Assembly: GCA_045863395.1 (NCBI GenBank)
Contig: BTVJ01000100.1
Span: 1 to 24,921, forward strand
Direction: 5' to 3'
Origin: Myxococcales bacterium
GTDB taxonomy: Bacteria; Myxococcota_A; UBA9042; JABWCM01; BTVJ01
Length of the DNA stretch: 24,921 nt
Shown here: one piece after another, positions 1 through 6,991 of the stretch
Layout: each line of letters starts with the position of its first letter
How positions within the stretch are numbered: position 1 is the first letter of the stretch
Translations under genes and position numbers: made by a program
Notes under the pieces: model-generated
Seen by the model: only the letters and a program-made list of their open reading frames with translations
Told to the model about the DNA's origin: nothing
The model's database searches: none

Positions 1-55
1 CGCCGAAGGCCGCTCCCAAGGCGCCGAAGGCCGCTCCCAAGGCGCCGAAGGCCGC
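1..55 (+). repeat. 21-bp coding tandem repeat (CGCCGAAGGCCGCTCCCAAGG x2 plus a 13-nt partial copy)
   Basis: Exact copies at 1-21 and 22-42 and a partial copy at 43-55; encodes (PKAAPKA)n. Confidence 0.9.
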
Positions 56-233
56 AAAGCCAGCACCGGCAGCCAAGGGCGAGGCCCCCATCCCGGCGTA
101 CAACACGATGCTCAAAAAGATGCGCAAGTCGCAGATCCAGGAGCTGGCGACCGCGCTGGGGATCCCATTCACGGACGAGGAGTCCGCGCCGCAGCTCGCC
201 ACGAAGATCCGGGCCTTCGCAGACGCCCGCTGA
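1..233 (+). CDS. 3' end of a Pro/Lys/Ala-rich protein with a short C-terminal helical (Rho_N/HeH/SAP-like) module; 5'-truncated by the window
   Basis: Manual translation from nt 3 gives PKAAPKAPKAAPKAPKAAKPAPAAKGEAPIPAYNTMLKKMRKSQIQELATALGIPFTDEESAPQLATKIRAFADAR, stop TGA at 231-233. Third codon positions are GC-rich. The M-x-K-x-x-I-x-E-L-A-x-x-L-G-I pattern resembles Rho_N/HeH modules. Confidence 0.7.
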   Translation, partial: PKAAPKAPKAAPKAPKAAKPAPAAKGEAPIPAYNTMLKKMRKSQIQELATALGIPFTDEESAPQLATKIRAFADAR

Positions 234-287
234 AGATCCCGACCGCCCTCCCCGTCTCTGCACTTCGGGCGCCGCGGCCCCTCATCC

Positions 288-316
288 TGGACCCTGCCAC
301 GACACCGCGGTAGCAT
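288..316 (+). promoter_or_regulatory. Possible sigma70-type promoter for the GT2 gene
   Basis: TGGACC (288-293), 17-nt spacer, TAGCAT (311-316), just upstream of the GT2 start. Confidence 0.35.
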
Positions 317-341
317 CCCTGGGCGCTCCTCCACGGGGCGC

Positions 342-1739
342 ATGAGACGGGAGACCGACGTGAGCCACGACCTGAAGACCACCGAGTCCGCGCCTGGCCT
401 GGCCGCCAAGGTGGTGGTGCTCGCCGCCGCGGTGGTGGTGGTCGCGCTCGGGTACGGGACCCTCGACTCCGGCAAGATTCAGTTCGCGCGCTCCCTGGGA
501 GGAGACTTCTGGCGCCTTCTGTGGTGGCCGACCGTCACGATGGGCGCTGTGGTCGTGGTGTCCTTCCTCTGGCGCGTGGCGCTGTGGCTGAGCTACAAGC
601 CGATCCCGGCGGGCGAGACGAGCGAGCTGCCCTCGGTCACGGTGGTGGTGCCCGCCTACAACGAGGGGGCCATGGTCTCCCGGTCCCTCCTCTCCGCGGT
701 GGGCAGCGACTACCCTGCCTCGCTGCTGCGGGTGGTGTGCGTGGACGATGGCTCCCAGGACGACACCTGGCTCCACATGCAATCCGCGCGGCGCCTGCAC
801 CCGGAGCGCATCACCCTGCTACGGTTCCCGCAGAACCGCGGGAAGCGCCACGCGCTGCACGCGGGCATGGCGCAGGCGGACACGGAGGTGGTGGTCACCC
901 TGGACTCGGACAGCGTGCTGCTGCCTGACACGCTACGGGCGCTGGTCGCCCCGTTGCGCGACCCCGGTACCGGCGCAGTGGCAGGCTGCGTGAAGGTGTA
1001 CAACCGCTCGCGTAACCTCCTGACCCGCATGCTCGCCGTGCGCTACCTGCTCGGCTTCGACTTCGCGCGCGCCTACCAGTCCCGGCTCGGCAGCGTGTTC
1101 TGCAGCCCCGGTGCGCTGACGGCCTACCGGCGCAGCGTCATCGCCCCCCACCTGGACGCCTGGAGGGACCAGCGCTTCCTCGGCCGCGCCTGCACCAACG
1201 GCGACGACCACGCCCTGACCAACGTGGTGCTGCGGACCGGGCTGGACGTGCGCTACCAGTCCGACGCGGTCGTCCTGACCGTGGTGCCCGAGACCTGGGT
1301 GGGGCTGTCACGCATGTATGTCCGGTGGGCCCGCTCCAATGTACGCGAGAGCACGCTCTGGCTCACCTTCGGGCTCTCGAGGGCCCGCCGCCGTGGCGGC
1401 TGGCTGGCCTTCGCCGATGGGCTCGTCCACTGGCTGCAGATCCCCGCTCGCATCTGGGTGAGCCTGCTCTCCACCGGGCTGTTCCTCGCGTCGCCGCCGC
1501 TGGTCCTGCGCGCCCTGGCCGCGACGACCGTGGTCGCCGGCATCTACGCGGCCATCTCGCTGCGCAGCGAGCGGGGGACGGAGAGCATCCTCGGCGTGCT
1601 GTACGGATGGATGACCCTGCTCACGATGCAGTGGATCTATCCCTACGCCGCGCTGACGGTCCACCACAACCGCTGGCTCACGCGGGCACGGAAGAGCACC
1701 CTCGACCTGGCGCCCCCGGCGAGCCCCGAGACCACGTGA
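342..1739 (+). CDS. Processive membrane GT2 glycosyltransferase, hyaluronan synthase/NodC-like
   Basis: Motifs VVVPAYNE, VDDGS, NRGKRHAL, LDSDS (DxD), CSPGALTAYRR, GDDHALTN (cf. HAS GDDRxLTN) and MYVRW at the QxxRW position. N- and C-terminal hydrophobic segments. The true start may be GTG at 360, which has GGGAG upstream. Confidence 0.85.
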   Translation: MRRETDVSHDLKTTESAPGLAAKVVVLAAAVVVVALGYGTLDSGKIQFARSLGGDFWRLLWWPTVTMGAVVVVSFLWRVALWLSYKPIPAGETSELPSVTVVVPAYNEGAMVSRSLLSAVGSDYPASLLRVVCVDDGSQDDTWLHMQSARRLHPERITLLRFPQNRGKRHALHAGMAQADTEVVVTLDSDSVLLPDTLRALVAPLRDPGTGAVAGCVKVYNRSRNLLTRMLAVRYLLGFDFARAYQSRLGSVFCSPGALTAYRRSVIAPHLDAWRDQRFLGRACTNGDDHALTNVVLRTGLDVRYQSDAVVLTVVPETWVGLSRMYVRWARSNVRESTLWLTFGLSRARRRGGWLAFADGLVHWLQIPARIWVSLLSTGLFLASPPLVLRALAATTVVAGIYAAISLRSERGTESILGVLYGWMTLLTMQWIYPYAALTVHHNRWLTRARKSTLDLAPPASPETT

Positions 1740-1756
1740 GGCCCGAGCGTCGGGCA

Positions 1757-2314
1757 ATGTGGTGCTGCTGGGTGGTGGTCGCGTACCTGCTCTCCGCGCC
1801 CCCGCTCGCAGAGGCAGACCCCGCCTCGTGGCTGGACCGCGTCGTGGCGGAGGGGACGCGGCACCTCGGCTCCACCGTGTGCCTCGGGGGACTGGAGGCC
1901 ACCGGCTGCCGTCACCGGCTGATCACCCTCCTCGACGCCTCCGCCGACTTCGACGCCCTCGCGGCCTCCGTGCTTCGCGGGCTCGACGCCCCAGAGGCCC
2001 CGGAGGAGCGCGCCCGCTTCCGGGAGGCCCTGCGCGGCGTGCTGGTCCGCACCTGGGAGCGCCGGCTGCAGGGGAGCGCGCGCGTGGGAGTCCGAGTGCT
2101 GGACGTGGCGCTGAACCGGGCGACGGTCCGCCTGACCCGCGGGCGCGACAGCATCGACGTCGCGCTCACGCTGGTCAGCGCCGCCGACGGACCGCGCATC
2201 GCCAACGTGGGGATCGACGGGGCGGACGTGGTGGGCACGTGGCGCCCCCGGGTGGCCCAGCTCCTGCGCGAAGGCACGTGGGACACAATGATCTTTGCGC
2301 TACAGGCTCGCTGA
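1757..2314 (+). CDS. MlaC/Ttg2D/HpnM-like periplasmic lipid-binding protein
   Basis: C-terminal part of ORF 1325..2314. Hydrophobic N-terminus followed by DFDALAASVL...EERARFREAL...LVRTW...RIANVGIDGADVVGTWR...WDTMIFAL, which fits the MlaC pattern. An alternative GTG at 1736 overlaps the GT2 stop (GTGA). Confidence 0.7.
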   Translation: MWCCWVVVAYLLSAPPLAEADPASWLDRVVAEGTRHLGSTVCLGGLEATGCRHRLITLLDASADFDALAASVLRGLDAPEAPEERARFREALRGVLVRTWERRLQGSARVGVRVLDVALNRATVRLTRGRDSIDVALTLVSAADGPRIANVGIDGADVVGTWRPRVAQLLREGTWDTMIFALQAR

Positions 2315-2416
2315 AGACAATTTTCGACGACTGGCCAGGGCGACGCGAACGGATCGACGGCTGCACGGGGCGGTCGATGCGGCGGGCGCCGCGCGACGAG
2401 GGGTCCGACAGGACGC

Positions 2417-3004
2417 ATGAGCGACGACCTCTTGAGCACCGACCGCCGGGCGTGCGACGCCTTTCGGCGAGGAGAGCGCTGGGCCATGGAGCTGGTGTTC
2501 CAGACATACATGCCGCTGGTCCGCATCGTGGTCACCCACGGCTTCTCGGGTTTTCGCGGCTTCCGGAACCCCGCCGACCAGGACGACGCCGCCCAGCAGG
2601 TCTTCTGCGCCGCCTTCGAGGAGCGCGCGCGCCTGTCCTACGACGGCCTGAAGCCCTACACGGCGTTCCTGCGGGGGCTCGCCCACAACGTGGTGCGTCA
2701 GACCCTGAGCAAGAACCAGCGGTTCCAGCGCACGGACGGAGCCCCTGTCCCCGAGGACCCCATGGCGGATGACCTGGAGTCCTGCGTGGTGGACCAGGAG
2801 GCACAGGCGCTGATGCGGCGCTTCCGGGACAGCGTGACCGACCCTCAGGAGCAAGGGGTCCTGACCGGGTACTACTGCGAGGGGAAGGCCGAGGAGACCC
2901 TGGCGGCGGAGCTGGGCCTGACCCGCTACAAGGTGCGAAAGATCATCGCCGCGCTGCACAAGCGCATGACCCGCTACATGAGGGACCACGATGCTCTGGC
3001 GTGA
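2417..3004 (+). CDS. ECF-type sigma-70 family RNA polymerase sigma factor
   Basis: 195 aa. Region-2-like DQDDAAQQVF and AFLRGLAHN; region-4 HTH EETLAAELGLTRYKVRK. Overlaps the downstream anti-sigma gene. Confidence 0.85.
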   Translation: MSDDLLSTDRRACDAFRRGERWAMELVFQTYMPLVRIVVTHGFSGFRGFRNPADQDDAAQQVFCAAFEERARLSYDGLKPYTAFLRGLAHNVVRQTLSKNQRFQRTDGAPVPEDPMADDLESCVVDQEAQALMRRFRDSVTDPQEQGVLTGYYCEGKAEETLAAELGLTRYKVRKIIAALHKRMTRYMRDHDALA

Positions 3005-3893
3005 CAGCCACGCGCGGCGCCTCGTCGACCGCTACCTGGACCCGCGGCGCGGGTGGACGGCGGCCCACGACCGGACCATGCGCGACCACCTGCGCGACTG
3101 CGACGGGTGCCGGAGCCACTACGACCGGGCCGTGACGCTGCACCGCCTGATGTTGGGGCTCCCGGCGAGCCAACCGAGCGGCCACGAGCTGCGCCGCGGC
3201 ATGGTGGCGACCCTGTCGCCGCTGCCCCTCCCCGAGGTGCAGCGCCAGGGGCTGTGGCGACCGCTGGCGGCCTTCGCGGCCGTCGCCGTGGTGGCGGCAG
3301 CGACGCTGCTGGTGCGCGAGACGAGCCCTACGGGGAGCCGCGACGAGTACATCGGCGCCCGCGGCAAGGCGCCGGGGCAGGCGGAGCCGCTCGTGGGCAT
3401 CGGGGTCTCCGGCGTGACGGAGGCGGGCCGCGAGTATGAGGTGGTGGCAGATGGCACCGCCTGGCGCAGCGACTACCTGCGCTTCTTCTACACCAACGAG
3501 GACCGGGCGCTCCGCCACCTCTTCGTCTTCGGGCTCCAGGAGGCGCCGGCGCCGCTCTGGTACTTCCCTCTGCCGGAGGAGCTGCGCAGCGTGCCCATCC
3601 AGGGCGGCACCGACGCCCGCTCGGTGCAGCTCCCGTTCGAGACGGCCCTGGCGGCGCGCCACCGCCCGGGACCACTGCGCGTGGTCGCGCTGTTCAGCGA
3701 GCGCCCGCTGACGCTGCCGGAGGTGGAGGTGGCGCTCGCCGCGCGCCCGTGGCACGATCCCTTCGGCCGGTGGGCGGTGTCGCGGCACCTGCGCGAGGCC
3801 CTCGGCCAGACCCAGCGGGTGGTGGTGCGGGAGCTGAGCATGGAGATCGCCCCCGGCAGCAAGGGCCCCATCGACGACGGGGGGCAGCCATGA
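2991..3893 (+). CDS. Zinc-finger (zf-HC2/ZAS) membrane anti-sigma factor with an extracytoplasmic beta-rich (DUF4384-like) domain
   Basis: N-terminal HLRDCDGC (HxxxCxxC), one TM segment LAAFAAVAVVAAATLLV, and a C-terminal domain ending LRVVALFSERPL. 14-bp overlap with the sigma gene. Confidence 0.8.
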   Translation: MLWRDSHARRLVDRYLDPRRGWTAAHDRTMRDHLRDCDGCRSHYDRAVTLHRLMLGLPASQPSGHELRRGMVATLSPLPLPEVQRQGLWRPLAAFAAVAVVAAATLLVRETSPTGSRDEYIGARGKAPGQAEPLVGIGVSGVTEAGREYEVVADGTAWRSDYLRFFYTNEDRALRHLFVFGLQEAPAPLWYFPLPEELRSVPIQGGTDARSVQLPFETALAARHRPGPLRVVALFSERPLTLPEVEVALAARPWHDPFGRWAVSRHLREALGQTQRVVVRELSMEIAPGSKGPIDDGGQP

Positions 3894-5440
3894 GCAGGAC
3901 GTGGGCCTCCCTGATCGGCTTGCTGACCCTCGCGCTCTGTAGCGCGGCGCACGCCGAGACCCGGCGCTACGCGGTGGTGGTGGGCCACAACGGCTCGGAG
4001 GACCCGGGCCTCGCCCCCCTCCGCTACGCCGACGACGACGCCATCCGGTACTGGGAGCTGCTGCGGCTGACGGCGGACGAGGCGACCCTCCTCGTGGACC
4101 CGGACGAGGAGACGGCGCGCCTGTATCGCTCGGTCCCCCGACGCCCTCCCACGCGGGCGGCGGTGTTGGAGGCGCTGGCCACCACCCGGGAGCGCATGGC
4201 GGCGGACCGGGCGCGCGGCGACACGCCCATGCTGTACTTCGTCTACAGCGGCCACGGCAACTACGACCAGGAGGGGCGCGGCTATACGTGGCTCGAAGGC
4301 GGGCGGTTCACCACGCGGGACCTCTACGATCAGGTCCTGGCGCCGAGCGAGGGCAGCCCGGTCGTCCTGATCGTGGACGCCTGCAACGCGGCGCTGCTGG
4401 TCAACAGCCGCGGCCCGGGCTCCACGGGGGACCGCCGCCGCGCGGCCCCGTCGACCATGAACCTGGAGCACTACCCGAACGTGGGCGTGATCCTGTCGTC
4501 GAGCTCCGTCAGCGAGGTCCACGAGTGGGGGCGCTACCTGGCGGGGGTGTTCAGCCACGAGGTGCGCTCGGGCCTGCTGGGGCCAGCGGACCTGGACGGG
4601 GACGGCGCCGTGACCTTCCCAGAGCTGGCGGCCTTCGTCGCGTCGGCCAATGATCGCGTCGCCAACCCCACCCTGCGCCTGGCGCCGTACATCCGCCCGC
4701 CGCTGGACCGGCCGAGCCTTCCGGTGGTGGATCTGCGGACCATGCGCTTCCCGGCGCGCCTGCACATCGGCGCTGGAGAACCCACGCGCGGCTGGCTCGT
4801 CGACGGCAACCTGGTGCGGCAGGCGGACTTCCACACGGACGGCGCCCACGCCTTCGAGATCGGGCTCACGCGGGCCGACGAGGAGTGGGTGGTGGTGACG
4901 GGGGCGGTGGAGCGCCGGGTGCCCGCCGGGACCCGTGGGACGGTGGCGCTGGCGAACCTCCCGAGAGAGGGTGCGGCCCTCGCCGGCACGCGAGGCACGA
5001 CCGACTCCTACTTCGAGCGGACCTTGTTCCAGGAGCCCTACGGCGCCACCTTCGCCAACGGCTTCCTGATCGACACCTACCCCGGGTCCCTGGTGGTCGA
5101 GCGGCTCGTGCCCGTGCCCTGGTACGAGAACCCGCTGGCCTGGTCGCTGGTCGGCGGCGGCCTCGCCATGGCCGGCGGCGGCCTCGGCGTCCACCTCTGG
5201 GCCCTCGACGCCCAAGAGCGAGCGAACGCGGCCACCTTCGCGGCCGACGCCGCGGCGGCCAACCAGGACATCGAGACGGGGCGGCTCGCCTCGGGAATCC
5301 TCTACGGTGCCGGCGCGGCAGCGTTCGCGTCCGGGGTGCTCGTGTTCCTGCTCGACGACCGCATGGAGGTGGAGCGCTACGTGCCACCCATCCGCGTGAT
5401 GGTCGGGCCCGAGGGGGTCTCCATCGAGGGGAGCCTGTAG
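3890..5440 (+). CDS. Exported caspase-family (peptidase C14) cysteine protease with an EF-hand-like loop and C-terminal hydrophobic segments
   Basis: ATG at 3890 overlaps the anti-sigma stop (ATGA). Signal peptide ends AHA|ETRR. Motifs RYAVVVG, LRYADDDA, catalytic YSGHG and VDACN, and DLDGDGAVTFPEL. Two Gly-rich hydrophobic segments near the C-terminus. Confidence 0.88.
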   Translation: MSRTWASLIGLLTLALCSAAHAETRRYAVVVGHNGSEDPGLAPLRYADDDAIRYWELLRLTADEATLLVDPDEETARLYRSVPRRPPTRAAVLEALATTRERMAADRARGDTPMLYFVYSGHGNYDQEGRGYTWLEGGRFTTRDLYDQVLAPSEGSPVVLIVDACNAALLVNSRGPGSTGDRRRAAPSTMNLEHYPNVGVILSSSSVSEVHEWGRYLAGVFSHEVRSGLLGPADLDGDGAVTFPELAAFVASANDRVANPTLRLAPYIRPPLDRPSLPVVDLRTMRFPARLHIGAGEPTRGWLVDGNLVRQADFHTDGAHAFEIGLTRADEEWVVVTGAVERRVPAGTRGTVALANLPREGAALAGTRGTTDSYFERTLFQEPYGATFANGFLIDTYPGSLVVERLVPVPWYENPLAWSLVGGGLAMAGGGLGVHLWALDAQERANAATFAADAAAANQDIETGRLASGILYGAGAAAFASGVLVFLLDDRMEVERYVPPIRVMVGPEGVSIEGSL

Positions 5441-5576
5441 GGGCTGCGCCCGCTGGCGACCGACCGAGACCCGCGCCGACAGCGCAAGCGCACCCACCGC
5501 ACCTCCCCTGCCCATAGCCACCGCCGCGGCGCCGTGATACACCCCACCCTCAGAGTCTCAACACGAGGAGGACGAC

Positions 5577-6308
5577 ATGCGAGCGAGCATCCTTTGGACC
5601 GTGGTGGCCGGAATCGCGGCGCTGGCGCTCCCGGCGCTGGCGGCGGACCCGAAGGTGGGCGACACGGTCTGGGCCCAGTGGCGCCCCAACTCCTGGTACC
5701 ACGGCAAGGCGGACAAGGCCTGCGACCGCGGCCTGCACATCGCCTTCGACGACGGAGACGAGGCGTGCATCTCTCCGGCGCTGGCAGCGGTCGATGCGGC
5801 GCCCTCGGCGGGGGGCGTCAGGGCCGGGACCCGGGTCCTGGCGAGGTGGACGGATGGCAAGCTCTACCCGGCGACGGCGCTGAGCGCGGGGGGCGACCGC
5901 GTTCGCGTGCGCTACGACGACCGGGCAGAGCTGGAGGTGGCCGTCTCGGACACGCGCCTGCTGGCGGACGAGCCCCAGGGGCGCGGCGTCGCGGTCGGCG
6001 ACGTGGTGTGGGCCCAGTGGAAGCCCAACGCCTGGTACCATGGCAAGCTCACGAAGTCGTGCGACCTCGGCTTCCACGTCGCCTTCGACGACGGAGACGA
6101 GGCGTGCACGTCGCCGGCCCTCATCGCCAAGGACTCGGCCCCCGGTGGGCCCCCACGGGTCGGCGCCCGCGTCATCGCCAAGTGGAGAGACGGCAAGCTC
6201 TACCCCGGCACCGTGTCGGGGGTGTCGGGCACGACCATCAGCATCGCCTATGACGATGGCGACCAGGGCACGGCCGCGCTGTCGGACATCCGGGTCTACT
6301 CACGCTGA
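5577..6308 (+). CDS. Secreted protein built of four Tudor/Agenet-like (SH3-fold) repeats (A-B-A-B)
   Basis: RBS GAGGAGG and a signal peptide ending ALA|ADP. Repeats VGDxVWAQWxPNxWYHGK...AFDDGDEAC occur twice and GxRVxAxWxDGKLYPxT...YDD occurs twice. Confidence 0.8.
   Translation: MRASILWTVVAGIAALALPALAADPKVGDTVWAQWRPNSWYHGKADKACDRGLHIAFDDGDEACISPALAAVDAAPSAGGVRAGTRVLARWTDGKLYPATALSAGGDRVRVRYDDRAELEVAVSDTRLLADEPQGRGVAVGDVVWAQWKPNAWYHGKLTKSCDLGFHVAFDDGDEACTSPALIAKDSAPGGPPRVGARVIAKWRDGKLYPGTVSGVSGTTISIAYDDGDQGTAALSDIRVYSR
5740..6108 (+). repeat. Internal duplication of the Tudor-like gene, including an exact 30-nt repeat
   Basis: TCGCCTTCGACGACGGAGACGAGGCGTGCA at 5740-5769 and 6079-6108, a period of 339 nt (113 codons). 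Confidence 0.85.
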
Positions 6309-6367
6309 CAGTGAGCACCCTGCACGTCCTTCGTGGTAGGCTGCGCGCCGTGCCCCAAGGAGGACCG

Positions 6368-6991
6368 ATGGGTAACGACCAGAGCTACAGGACACAGGAC
6401 GAGCGCGAGCGGCCGCGGCGCGGCGGCGCGAGCGTCGTCATCCGCGAGATGGAGCTGGAGGACCTCGCCGCCGTCTACGAGCTGGGCGAGCGCCTCTTCA
6501 CCGCTGACCGCTGGCCGACGCTCTACCGCACCTGGGACCAGTACGAGGTGGTCGAGATGTTCGCCTCGGACGGCGAGACCTGCTTCGTCGCCGAGGACGG
6601 GGACAAGGTCATCGGCTTCGCCCTCGGTACGCTCATCGAGAAGCGCCGCAGCGCCTGGACCTACGGCTACCTGCTCTGGATCGGCGTCGACCCGAGGTCC
6701 GGGCGGAAGGGCGTCGGGGCGCGCCTCGTGCGGCGCATGACCGACGTCTTCATCGAGATGGGCGCCCGGATGATGCTGGTCGACACGGACGCCGAGAACG
6801 ACCAGGCGCTCTCGTTCTTCCGGGGCATCGGCTTCGGCAACGAGTCCGAGCACGTCTACCTCCAGCGCAACCTGTCGTCGCACCCGGGCTACATCCGGAA
6901 GCGGCGCCGCAAGACCTCCCCGCCGCGCGTGCGGGGACCGGTGGCGCCCCCGCCGCCGCGGGAGGGTGGAGATGGCGATCCGCAGTGCTGA
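6368..6991 (+). CDS. GNAT family N-acetyltransferase
   Basis: GGAGGA RBS before ATG 6368. Motifs IREMELEDL, FVAEDGDKVIGF, motif A IGVDPRSGRKGVGARL, motif B NDQALSFFRGIGF. Confidence 0.88.
   Translation: MGNDQSYRTQDERERPRRGGASVVIREMELEDLAAVYELGERLFTADRWPTLYRTWDQYEVVEMFASDGETCFVAEDGDKVIGFALGTLIEKRRSAWTYGYLLWIGVDPRSGRKGVGARLVRRMTDVFIEMGARMMLVDTDAENDQALSFFRGIGFGNESEHVYLQRNLSSHPGYIRKRRRKTSPPRVRGPVAPPPPREGGDGDPQC

Noticed and set aside
1..55. Tandem repeats considered as a CRISPR array
   Set aside because: No spacers, in-frame coding repeat, no cas genes.
1325..1735. Long N-terminal extensions in the ORF track (also 3749-3889, 15676-16458, 20760-21293, 21524-21664)
   Set aside because: Most overlap upstream genes in another frame and all lack domain motifs; downstream starts have an RBS, a stop/start overlap or a domain boundary.
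2315..2416. Autoregulatory ECF promoter upstream of the sigma gene
   Set aside because: GAAC at 2347-2350 has no GTC/CGT-type -10 element at a convincing spacing.
3488..5542. 684-aa minus-strand ORF, and similar long ORFs at 6750-8183, 8211-10274, 16132-18309, 19533-21632 and 22848-24317
   Set aside because: Antisense shadows of well-supported genes, expected in high-GC DNA; no recognisable motifs.
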